Below, piece by piece: positions 13,614 through 26,234 of a stretch of DNA of 64,000 nucleotides. Origin of the DNA: Cycas panzhihuaensis (taxonomy: Eukaryota > Plantae > Cycadophyta); NCBI GenBank assembly GCA_023213395.1, contig CM041465.1:168957741-169021740 (forward strand). Direction: 5' to 3'. The translations under genes were made by a program, and so were the position numbers. The notes beneath the pieces were generated by a model. It worked only from the letters and a program-made list of their open reading frames with translations. It was not told the origin of the DNA and did no database searches. Each line of letters begins with the position of its first letter. Position 1 is the stretch's first letter.

Positions 13614-14946
13614 TGTAAGTCTAATATATAATTTTGTATTTACATGAAAGCAGGTAATCAAAATATAAAACAAAGTGATGCAAAATTGATACAACGTAGA
13701 TGCACTTCCTAATGCAATGTAAATGCTCCTTGATTTTATTTCCTTCTTTTTAAGAGAATATAAGGTTCTTTTATTGTACTTATATTTATCCTAGTTAGTG
13801 TTTTTCTTCACTATTATAAAAGAGCTTGAAATGTTTATTAACAAAATAAATATAAGTGATAAAAGGGCTGATCTTATAAGGGTTTATAAAAGCACTTTTG
13901 AGTCATAAATCAACTTGAAGCTCCAACAAAGAGAAAGAGAGATATTTTTCTAGAAACTCAACAAATAGATTAAGATCTTTGAAAGGAATCTTTATCAAAA
14001 TCCATTGTTATAAAAACAGAGAAGAAAATAAAGAAGATCATAGTGGCTTACTTTATAATTGGGAACTTAAAAGAGAGAGAAGAATATTCTAACTATTAGA
14101 AAGCTAGAAAAACAACTAAAGAATGACTCCTTGATAGCTTGACAAAAATTAAACTAGAAAAGAAACCTAATTGAGCTTTTCTTTTTATTACTTTATTCTA
14201 AATATAACAAACAAAGAAGGGAAAGAACTCACATTACAAATAAGTTTACCTAAGAAGAATTACTTATAGAGAGATAATAGTGCCTCAGATCAGTTTCTTT
14301 GGCCCATAATAAACTTCTAAACCTACTTCATAATTTTGTTGAAAGGAAGAAGGGAATTATAGAAGAAAAAGAAAGGGGTGAACTTGAGAAGATGAAGATA
14401 AGAGAGTGAGAGAATGAAAGAATAAGAAGAGAAGAAGGAGAGAATGAAGAGGAAAATGATTCAGTTCAAGTCTCCAAAAGCTTCATGATTTTTGAGATAG
14501 GCAAACAAGCTTGAAAGAGGGGATTTTCAACAACTTTAGAACTCTCCAAGACCTATCCAAGTTTCTAAAGCTTTCTTAGCTTCTTTCTCTAAGTCTCCTC
14601 AAGATTTAGCACCAAGAAAGTGAATCTACATAGACCAATTCTAAGATTTCATACAAGATACTTCAAACTCTTAGTTAAGACTTAGTTTACCTAATGGGGT
14701 AGTGGCCTATTTATAGGAGAGAATTATGGGAGAACTAGTGCCAAATTTATTGGAAAGAGTGAGTTGTGGTCACTAATGGATCAAAATCTCTATGGAAAAG
14801 ACTATGGCTTACTATTGTAAATTTTTTTTTTGTGGGTAATAAGATGAAAAATGTGATACAGTGAAAAGCATGATCAATAAATGAAAAGTACTATAAAAAA
14901 TGAACTAAAAATGTATTAAAAGTGAAGGTTGAGGCTTTGAGGGACA
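13614..14946 (-). repeat. probable 3' LTR of Tat-like element D (left boundary uncertain)
   Basis: Minus strand reads AGTAGGGGGCA|TGTCCC at 14957-14941 (Tat-type PPT followed by TG). The left end is a guess at TGTAAGTC (13614). Confidence 0.5.
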
Positions 14947-15393
14947 TGCCCCCTACTAAGGCCCTCCTTGACCTACGATTCTCACATAGGTCTATTTTTG
15001 CTAGTGCTTCCTCCTATTCTCAAGTTTATCAAATTTCTATTTTCTAGGGTTTATAAGGGATTATATTTAAAAGTATGTGAATATGATGACTTTCAAGTAT
15101 GGAACCTAAAAGGAAGAAACTATGTATTAAATTCATTATAGAACATAGATATTTTATCCTCTTTTTGGAGCCATAACTTCTAGGTTTTAGACTTGGAAAG
15201 AAACATTTGGCCTACCATAATTTAGGATTTATAGTAGACATATCTCTCAAAGTCATAGTTTATACTCTTTACAGAGTAGCAACCCCAAAGCATAAGTTTT
15301 GGCAGGAGGTGAAATGTTTGACCTATTGTACTTTAAGCTTATCAGTATGAAGATTTTTGGAGCTACAGTTTATACTCTTTGTGGAGTAATAGA

Positions 15394-18312
15394 TTAAGCA
15401 TAGTACTTCCTCAAAAATAGAGAGTTAACAAGTTTTTGGAATTTGAGTTTGTCAAGAGTAGAGAGATAATAGGCCTCATTATTTATGTCATCAATAATTA
15501 AGTAAGGGCCTATTCATTTGGCAGGGGGAAAATTGTTGCTTTTCATATAATATTCAATTTTAATAACTTTATCCCCTACATGATTTCTTTTAGGTCTTAA
15601 ATGTTAAGCATAGGATAATTAAGCATGATGTTTTGAAGCTAAATTCTTTTTGATGAGCATCAAGATGAGTTTCATCCATTTTCTCTAATTCCCTGAGTCT
15701 TGCTTATCTTAGCCATTCCTCATCGATGAAGTGTTTGAGGTATATTCTTAGTGAAGGGATTTCTATTTCTAGTGGAAATATAACTTTGGTTCCATGGACT
15801 AATGAAAAAGGAGCCATTCTTGTTGTTATTCTAATTGAAGTATGAGAAGCCCACAAGGCAAGAAAGACCTAATTATGCTAATCTTATTAAGAGTTAGCAA
15901 CTATTTTGGCTAAAAGTTTTGTTAAGATTTTATTAAAGACCTTAATTTAGCCATTGGACTAGAGGTGATAAGGGGATGACGTCTTATTGGTAATACGAAA
16001 TTTAACATAAAGTTCATCGACTTAAGTATTATAAATAAAGATCCATTATCTGTAATGATAATGTCAAGAATTATAAATTGGCAAATGATATGTTGAAAAC
16101 TAAAAGTAGTAATTACTTTTCTGGTGGTATGGGTTAGGGGGATTGCTTCACTTCATTTTATAAAATATTCAATGGCAATGATGATGATTTTATGATTAGT
16201 GGATGATGGGGCATAGATTTGGCCAATAAGGTTAAGACTCCATTGTGAGAAAGGCCAAGGAGCAAGAATTGACCTAAGTGAAGTGGTTGGTTGGTGAATC
16301 AAGGAAGAGTGTTCTTACCATTTTTTATATTTTTTTACATATGAGTGTGAATCTTTGAACAATAATGGCTAATAATATCCCATTCAAAGGATTCAAAGAG
16401 TTGTTGACTAGCCACTAAAATAGATACCATAGATGCCATCATGACATTCAATTAGAGTAATTTGGACCTGTAAATATGAGAGACATCTTAACAATATTTT
16501 GTCAAAAAAGCATTTGTATAATACATCATCCAGATGAAGATATTAAGATGTAGAGGCTGTTACTCTTTTTTGTTTCTTAGAATTGACATTAGGGAGATAG
16601 GTTTTGTTAGTTAAATAGGTTTGAATGTCTTTATACCTCTTGTGATTGGCAAGGGCCATATTAACTTATAGAATATGTTCATCTAGAAGGATATCATTGA
16701 CACTTGTCAAATTATGATTACGTAATGGTGTTACATCATATTGCTCAACAACAACCATTCCTTTCTTCAATTTATGATTAACTACCCCTAATTCAAACTC
16801 TTGTAGGAGAAGGGCCCATTTACGAGCTCATCCTATTAAATATATCTTAGTAAGTAATAGACAAATTAGGTTAGTTTGTGTTATGACAAATGTCATGTTG
16901 ACTAACAAGTAATGGTGTAGTTTCTTAGTAGCATAAACTAGGGCCAAATATTCTTTTTTAAAGGAATGGTAACTAAGTTTAATAACTACTAAGGTGTGAC
17001 TAATGAAATAATTGCACATTCTTTGGTAAATTTGTATTCTTGGGCTAACATGGCACCCAAGGATTCTTTGGTAGAGGAAGTATAAAGGATAAATGGTTTA
17101 TCAAAGCAAGGTACAATGGGAGTTGAAATGAGAGCTTGTTCTAACTTATCAAAAGATTCTTGGGTGGTTGAAGTCCATTTAATAGGTACATCCTTCTTAA
17201 GAAGATGAGTTAAGGGTTTGGCATTTAAAGAAAAATCTACTATAAAATGTCTCAAGAAACCAAGTCTATCTAAGAAGGATTTGACTTATTTTTTAGTATG
17301 GGGAGGCGGCATATCTATAATACCAGCTACTTTTTCTGTGTCTACTCTAATACCACCTCTAGAAATGATGTTACTTAGCATTTTTTAAGATGTAACTATA
17401 AAGACACATTTATTATGGTTTAAGAAAATTTGATATCTTTTACATCATTAAAAATTTATTCTCAGGTAAAAAACATGGCCTTTTTTGTGGTGTAATAGGA
17501 CTAACATATCATCAAGATATACAATAATGGTGTGTCCTAATAAATCATGAAAGATAAAAACCATGGCCTTTTGGTAGGTTGATCCTACTAGGCCAAAGGG
17601 CATAACTTTAAACATGAATATGCCCAAAGGAGTACTAAAAGTAGTATTATGATAGTCTTCATGGGAGATAATGATCTAATTACATCATAAAAATCCATTT
17701 ATAAGGGACATTAGCTCAAATCTAGTTATTTGGTCCTAAATTTAATTAATAAAAGGAAATGGGAAGTTATCTTTAGGACAAGAATCATTTATTTCATGGA
17801 ATTCAATGCATATATAAATGGAGCCACACTTTTAGCCATAGGAATGGTATTAGAAACCCACTAGGAGTAATCAATTAATTTGAGGAACCTTACCTTAAGA
17901 AGTTTTTGACTTCTTATTTGATGGCAACAGATAATCATGGGTAAATGGGTTTTTATTTTTCATATTTGGGTTTAATACTAGGTAAGGTTATAATGTTGTG
18001 AACCACAACCCCAAGCTAAAGGCCTTTCATGTTAGAATAGTCCCATATAAAAATGAAAGAAAATTCAATAAAGAGGTTATGTAATTGCTCAATTTCTAGA
18101 GGAGAATAGATAGCACCAACCTTAATTATCTTGGATTCTTCTTGAGTTCTTATGTTTATATCAATAATGTCTTCAACTAGCATTGTATTCCTTCTTTAAA
18201 ATGGAAAGGGGTTGGATTGAGGGATAATGAAAGAGTGGAATGATGATGATCATAAGTAGGTGAGGAGGGATCAAAGTGAATACATTTAGCATACCCTAAT
18301 TTATGATGGTTA
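15394..18312 (-). pseudogene. Tat-like Ty3/Gypsy element D: RT-RH-INT pseudogene
   Basis: RT (PKDNFP-like, MPFG, YLDD near 17510), RNase H (FDKPFILYT...LGAMLAQ; 16828-17255), integrase (PWPFSQWSLNLIG), C-terminus NSLFLRKYYA* at 15394. Confidence 0.9.
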
Positions 18313-18317
18313 GGTGG

Positions 18318-21300
18318 TGTTTCCTAGTGACCAGGAATGAACATGGACAACGTCTCTTAGGTAGGCATAGGTATACATCTTTGTCCCTACTCCTCGTTTA
18401 TCTTAGGATGTGATAACATATTTGATGATTACATTTTGTATGGCATTGTTACATGCATGGTTGAGATGCCTAGTTTGTCTGCCCATTTTTTTGCATGTGA
18501 TTATGATCTAGCCTATGAGGACTTAGGACCATCATCCTATGGCACTATACAACCCCTCATGACACCTCCTCAACACTCTCAAGTACTCATGGGCCCTGAT
18601 GGACCACCTTTTATTCACTATTGGAATTATACATGATCCCTAACACCTCATTTTAAGCTTGATCATCTTTGTATATATCATTCATAACTCGTTGGGGCCT
18701 TTACTACCCTTTTTTACACATTTGGGAAGGTCCCACCGATGCCTAGAGGTCCCCTAAAGGCCTTATCAGTCTAGCATACTACTCTGTAATGCCCTGAGAA
18801 CCTTCTTTTAGGGGTCCCCTAGGCCTCCCTCGTATTTTTTCTTATATTTTATTTGCACAGTGACAATATTCATGATACTACAAAGTTTGTTATGGGGTAA
18901 CTGTCTATTGACCTTCGTAGCTTGGAAACAGATAGTTTTGCATTTATTATGAAACTAACACATGGTAGACCATTGTTTCCCATCCAAAATGAATCCTAAT
19001 CACTCAAGAAACCTAATTTAGGCATAAAAAACCTAAATCCAAGTTCATTTTACCTCTCTTGGCTCTTATATGAAAGGAAAAATGCCTCCTACCTGTACTT
19101 CGAGTTTCTCTTCCTATTCTTCTCTTCTCTAAGGGTGAAACCCTAGAATGTAGGTATGTACAAGCTCTTCTCCAGTAGGTATTCCTTCCATGGTGCTCAC
19201 TCTAGTAGAATCAATAGGTTTCACAAGTTTTTCAGCCTCATTCTTACCTCCAAAAAGGAGCCTTTCTTCACCTAGCAAGAAGGGTCCTCATCTTTTCATT
19301 AGAACATGAGGTAACATCCATTTTATTTTAGTTTTTTATGGCTATATCAAATTTATTTCTCATTGTTCTCCCCTTTAGCAAGCATATTTGATATACATTT
19401 CTACTTATTGCAAGTTTTTCATACATCTTTATCTCTTTTTAGATGTCCAAAGGGAGGCAAACTCTTCTTTCCTCCTTAATTGCACCTCCATACCCCTTGG
19501 GTTCTTCTTGGGACACAAGTAGGTGGATTGTGGGATTCCTTTGAGAGGAAGAAGAGGAGTCAATGGCCAGGGTTTAGACCCTCATAGCCATATCCTCCAA
19601 GGCAACCCCATACCTCTCTTAGCTTTCCTACCTCATATCCATCCTACACACCAAGAAACTCCTTAGGTGAGGGCCTCTATTGGTCGTAGCATTTGTAGCA
19701 CCTTGCAATGTCTATAACAAGATCTTATACACATTATTTTGCAACAAGTTTCTTTGTATATTTTGCTATTTTATGATATTTTATTTCCCATTCATATCTT
19801 GCAAAAGTTGTAACATTATGACTTTTGCAATAATTACACTTTTTTGTAGCTTTTACAACTTCTTGATCCTTGTAAGTTACATCACTTTTATTTACTTAGA
19901 ATTATAAACCCTCTCCTAACTTGTTTCCTAGAGTACCCAAGCATGTAGGAGGTAGATTATTTGAGGGATCTAGCCATTCTAAGGCTCTCCTTTCTCTCTC
20001 ACCTTCAAAACCCCCTTTTCTCTAAAATATTACTTGGAAATATTTAAGTATATAGTATGAAGATTGAGAAGTGTATTATTCCTGTTCTTTCATTAAATCA
20101 AGCAAGTTTAAATTTCATTTTGATAAGTATATGTACACACAAACACATCCATTTGCACATGCATATATATGTTATTGCTTGTTAAAAGGGTTTGCCAACA
20201 AGGAAACTCCTCCTATCATAAGCAAGAAAGATTGCATTGAGAGGTATGTATATCTCATTTACATTTGTTTTCCTTCAAAACTTTCCTTTAAAGTTCTTTG
20301 CTCTTTTGAAATACATTCCAAGGAAGGTAAAGAATCCCCACCTATAGTTTCATCCACAATGCCATCTATGGGTTGGAGCATAGGGTGACTAGTGAAAGGA
20401 AGACAATGAAGGGAAAGAGAGGCACTCCACCGACCAACTTATTTCCATGTGCACTTCTTCCAACCTTCCTCTTCCTTCTTATCCTTTTCTTCCCCTCTTT
20501 CTCTCCTAAAAAGGAAATCAATTGCCTTTATACATAGCTTAGAATTATTTATTTTATTTGCTCATATCTATCTAAGGGAAAGTACAAAGTAATATTATTC
20601 ATATTTGGTCTCTTTGTCTTTGCATTAGTATGTATTGAATTTGCTTCCTCCTTTCCTCTTACATAAGCATGAAAAAGGATAACTTGGGCTAGAGCATCTC
20701 TTATTTCTCTCCTAAAAGGAAAGCGATGGAAAGGGTTTTCTTTTCTTTGTTGCATCCTCCTCTTGCATTCACTCCACATATACAAGAGTAGGAATAAGAA
20801 AGGGAACATGGGGTTTTGATAATCATCCTTCTTACATGCATCATTAATGAAAGTTGCATAAGTCATCCATACTCTTCCTCTTCTTTGTACCCCCTTTCTC
20901 CCCTTGTTTAATTCTTTTTTTGTTGATAAAGATAAAAGAGAGAGAGAGAGAGAGGATAAAAGGAGAGAGAGGGAGAGTATCTTTTGAGTTGCATTTGCTT
21001 GGCATTGATAGTTTATATTGTTATACTATCTTTAAGTAAGACTAAGATATTACCCAAACCCTTAGTATACTTAGTCCACTTACTTTGTTTAACCTAAACC
21101 CTAGAGACATTCCTTTAGGTGATCTTTAGCAAGATGCACCATTAGTCTTATCTTCTTTTGGATTTGGTTTTTGCATACCAAATCCCTTTCATATCATTTA
21201 ACCAATTATTTCCCTCTCTTATTCTATAAGGCCCTACGCTATTAGGACTTACCTCTTGTTTTTCTCTTTTTTAGGGAATAGATCTATGATCCTCCCTCCC

Positions 21301-21567
21301 TTCTTTCACTCATTAGGATAGGAGAGTCCTTCCTTAGGATACTTAGCAAAACGAGGATGCCCTTGCCTAACTCGAATCTGAGAAGGTGCTTACTAAAGGG
21401 GAAAGTATTATGCACTATTTATAGGTCTCCAAACCTGTATTTTGATGCACAGATTCCTTTTCTGGGTAACCTGTCCCTTTTCCCTCAAGGAACTTTAAGC
21501 CCATGGCATAATGATAGTACAGACTTAATACCCTTATCCTTAGTGACCCCCTAGAGGCGTGCTTCCA
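18318..21567 (+). repeat. 5' LTR of element A
   Basis: Collinear with 51359-54608 throughout; differences are mostly transitions. Confidence 0.95.
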
Positions 21568-21568
21568 C

Positions 21569-21586
21569 TGGCAACTATACTAGGGA
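21569..21586 (+). promoter_or_regulatory. PBS of A (tRNA-Arg type, decayed)
   Basis: TGGCAACTATACTAGGGA, a transition-decayed form of B's TGGCGACCATACTGGGGA; resembles the Ogre/Tat Arg PBS. Confidence 0.75.
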
Positions 21587-21844
21587 CTTGTTAGTAAAGG
21601 AACCATTCTAGTTTCCTTTGGATTAGCATTGCCTTTCTCTTTTGGCATCCCTTCCCTGACTCATTGGGAAACCCCCAACATCCTTTACTTCACTTGTCTC
21701 TCTCCCTTCTAGAGTCTTAGGAGGAACTTGAATGAGATAATTATCTTATCGTTTACAAGGTCTCCCTCCTTCTTTGGAAGAGTCACCTTATTCTCCCTTT
21801 CCCGTGTTTGATTCTAAATCAACCATGGAGGGATTCTCTTACGA

Positions 21845-24800
21845 ATGGTCCTATCATGCCTATATTTCTGAAGCTCAATAACAACCTTCAACCTCCTTCT
21901 AGGGTCCCACCTAAGAGGGCAATGATCCCATATTTTATCCAAGTGATTGGGAGTACTCAAGTATCCACCATCTCCCTGCACATGATGTAGAGGCTTCTTC
22001 TCCCATGGGATATCACCACCTTGGTAAGAGTGCCCATGAGAATTGCCTTGTGGGGTATACTTAATTTAAGGAACCTTCTACCTCATATGAATAAGTAAGA
22101 ACACCTCCTACAGATGTAGTGGAAGTATTACACCAATGCTTCTAAGCTGCAAGTCTCCAACCACCCCCAAAGTGGTTAAAAAGTATCTTGCATAGTGTAG
22201 CGCCCTCCTCTTCTGTATATACACCTCCTTATTCCTCCCATTCCACTTTGATATCCACAATAGGGCTATCCCTTGTTGTTTCTTCTTCCTTATGTATACC
22301 CCATACTTTAGGGACTACCCAAGGTATACTCACCTCCTAAATTGGGTTGAGTATACCTCCTCCTAGCCAAGTGACCATGTCTCAACCAATTGTGGTCCAT
22401 CCATCTCTAACCTAACCTAAGGGACCTTTATGTCCCCCTTCTCATAGCCAAGTGGGAAACATCCCCACACATTCCCAACCTTAACCTAGGGATCCTTCTC
22501 TTTATATACCCCTGGGATACACTTCCCAATCATGGGGGCATGGAAAGGGAAATATCCTTCTTATCTATGGGGTGGACTCCCTCCACCCACATGGCATTTC
22601 ACCATCTACAAGTGGTCTATATGGGAAGAATCTTATTCCACACCCATCTATTTCATCTTCATATGTCACCTTGCATGTGGTGCCTTTGCAAGGAGGATAG
22701 ACTCCTCCCCAAGGCTCCTTTCCCCAAGTGCCCTTTCAACAAGGGGCATACCCTCAAGGGGGAATGGGTCCCTCTTACCCATTCACCACTCTCCTAATTC
22801 CTCCTCATTCAGGATTAGTCCCTTCCCATCAAGGGGAAGGGAATTCATATCCCCCTTTCAATCAAATCTCTTAAGAAGGATTTAGGTATCCATGCCCACC
22901 TCCTCCTTCGTCTTTTATTGACCCATCAGTTTAACCAAGGGCCCATCCCTTCGTTGACTATAGGTTAACTCCTTTATCCATTAAGGCATTAAGGACCAAC
23001 TTACTGCCTCATTCCCCTAAGGTGCCCAAGTTTTATGGGACCTCTTTGCAAGACCTAGCCGAGCATGTTAGGAGTTTCTCCATGGCATGTATTGATTATT
23101 GGGCCTATGATCACATCTTAATGAAACTTTCCCCATGTTCCTTGCAGGGTGATGCCCTTAAGTGGTTCTGCTGCCTCCCTGCCCATTCAATTTATTCATT
23201 CCAACAACTCGTGGATGAGTTCGTTAACTATTTTAATATTGATCATCCCTTCGAGAGCAAAATGAAAGCCTTACTTTCCTTTAAACAAGGTCACAAGGAG
23301 ATGAACTCTGACTTTGTTAAGTGCTTTCATGATCTCGTTCACTCCACGAAGGCCACATTGCTTAGGGAGATAAAGAGGGATCTCTTCGTGAATACCCTCT
23401 ATCCTAAGGTACACGTTGAGGTCCACAAAATGGGGGCAATAATATATAATTCTGCCATAGCTAAGTACTTGGATCTTGAGGCTATTGAGATCCAAGCGGT
23501 CTTAAGAAACCTCTTAAACCATCACAATGATGAGAGGCACCTCCTCCATCATATGATATCAAACCCCAACAACCATAAAAGTCTTCAACCTACTCAATGA
23601 AGAAGACTTTAGATCCCTTGACCTCTATCATACATTCTTTTGAATATATGATAAAGGAGCTTAAGCTCCAAGCTCCTCCCTCATCACCAAACTCCCATAG
23701 ACCTATTCACTAGGCTTCCCAAGTAGCACATCCTAAGGATGGAAATACCCATTCCTGTTAAACAAGGAAGATTAAGCCTTCCTTGGAAAAGAAGTGGTGA
23801 TTCATCCATGGTGATTGCTTTCATAAGGACTCGCAATATAGGGAACAACACTCTAAAACTTCTCCACATCATGATTCCTCCCTTAGGCAAGCATCTAAGC
23901 CTAATCTAGACTAGCATGTCCATAAAGATCCCTTCCTCAAACATGGGGAATGAGATTAGCATACCTAGCATAGATGGAATTGGAATATGGGAAGATCTCC
24001 TAACCCTCATCCTATTCAAGCTAAATGGAAGGGGAATAGAAGTTATTCCTCTTCTTATGATTCTTGCCATCAAACCCCTTCACCTTCTCAATCTCAAAAC
24101 AAAGGAAAGAAAGTCATCTAGATGCTCGAGACCATACCCATATATGCTTTGACTAGGTCTCAAGCATCTAAAGAGGCCATAGGTGTCTCTTCTTCTTCTT
24201 AGCTTGATCCTCCCTTAGATAACCCTCCTTTTAAGATTCCTCTACTCCCTAAGTCCATACTTGTCTACTTGGGTCAATATGATTTTCGAAGGGTACTTCC
24301 CCAACCAATTACGAAAGGGAAACCTTTATCAATCATAGATGAGCTTCATACTGTGGCTGCAAGGATGTTTATGATGGATATCTTAAGGAGTTGCCTAGAC
24401 CAATGTGCTCTCCTTTTGGAGACTTTAGGTTTGATGGATGTATCCATCCATGCTTTGAGTGTTTCCCTAGGTTAGGATCCCATCATCTCTTTTAACCTTA
24501 AAGATCTCCCCCTGACCAGTGAAAGGGAATGCCAATGGCATTACCCTTTCACCATATCTATAGACACTCCTGAGTGTACCCTTAGAAGAACTATTATGGA
24601 TAATGATTCTTCCATCAATGGTATGCCTTTATTTATCATGTAGGAGTTAGGTATAACAACTCTTCATCCAGTTTCATGGCATTGTCAAGGCTACGACAAT
24701 AACAAGAAAATGCCCTTAAGCTATGTCTCCATCCTTCTTACCCTTGAGAACAAAACCATCCTCACTAATATTATGGTCCTCGATGTAGACATGGACTACA

Positions 24801-26234
24801 GCCTTTTATTGGTATGTCCATGGCTTGACTATATGGGAGCTATGTGTTTGTCCCACTAGAGTCAGCTTAAATTCATCTACGAAGGATGAATAAAAGTTGT
24901 TTCCTAGGAGCCTCCTCCCATTAAATAATTGTACCAATCCTGTCAAGAAGTTTGTGATCCAACAAAGGGCAATAAAGGCCCATCCACTCATGCTTCCACC
25001 TATACAATAGATATTCCTAGAACTTCCTGCTCAAAGGAAGGACCTTCCCCTTCCTCTTCTAACCTTATTCATTTTGTGCCCATTGGTGTAGGGAGTTATG
25101 GGTACCTTACCATTTTGAGTGACGATGAGTCTGATGGTGAGGACAAGGATCTACCTCATCTTATATCCCTCCTAAATACTCATTGGTAGCACTTGTTTTA
25201 TTCTAGGTCCCAACCTAAAACCCCTTCTATTAAGGAGCCCAATACTCCTACCAAGTCATGCATGGTCATTCCCATCTCTCGTGTGACTTCCCACACCACT
25301 TCACCATCTACCATGTCACCTTCCTTAAGTAATGAGGGTAGGGGACCTCCTATCCCATGACATAGAAGGGTGCCCTTTGACTATTTTGAAGAGTCCTTTG
25401 ACTATATTGAATGGTTGGTTGACTTTTATGGGCCCATCGCTCATCCTGCTTCTCGCTCCTCATCCTCTCTAAGTATAACTATCTATGGGAAAGACTACTT
25501 TAAGAATGATGAGGCATTGTTAGAAGATTTACCAAGCTCCATGACCAACCTCCCTCTTGGTCACCATAAGCTTGGTTAGTAGAAGATCCTATCTCTTGGG
25601 TCACCCCTAGCTAACCTAAGCCAACTTAGTTCCTCTTTGCCTCTTTCCATTGACCAAGCCGCTCTCCATTTTAAGGAGAGGAATGCTATGTGCATGGGGG
25701 CAACCAAGGATATTGTCCTCATCCCTGGTAAGGTCATCAAGGTAGGAGCAAAATATTCCCCTGAAGAAATAGAGGAATACACCTTCTTTTTCTAGGAGTT
25801 ATGTGATGCTTTTATATAGGATTACATTGACGTGAAGGGAATAGATCCCTCCACCATCACTCATAATCTTATGACTATCCTGAGAGGTCACCCTATGTGA
25901 TAAAAGTAATGCCCCCTTCATCCTAAGTTGTCTAATACCATTAAGATGGAAGTTGAAAAACTCTTAGATGTAGGGTTGATCACTTTTATTGATTACCCTA
26001 AATGGGTCTCCAACATTGTTCTTGTTGCTAAAAAGAATGGAATGATTTGGATATGTGTTGATTTTTGAGATATCAATAGCGTATATCCCAAAGATAACTT
26101 TCCTCTACCTTTTATCAATCAGATTATTGATCGCACTACCAGATTCAAAGTCATGTCCTTAATAGATAACTTCTTTGGTTACAACTAGATCCAAATCTCT
26201 CCTAAAGATAGCCATAAAATAGCCTTCACTCTTC
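21845..26234 (+). pseudogene. element A gag-protease-RT(N-terminal) pseudogene
   Basis: Retrotrans_gag core PKFYGT...MKLSPCSLQGDALKWF (23022-23600); protease IMDNDSSIN near 24595; RT N-terminus WVSNIVLVAKKNG...PKDNFPLPFINQ; cut by B at 26234. Start approximate. Confidence 0.92.

Noticed and set aside
19566-19592. GGGTT(C)..CCC loops resembling a tRNA T-arm
   Set aside because: No acceptor, D or anticodon arms; treated only as part of an LTR stem-loop.
20071-21554. ORFs of 60-150 aa inside A's LTRs, repeated at 53202-54671
   Set aside because: They recur only because the LTR is duplicated; frames are not preserved between copies and no domain is recognisable.
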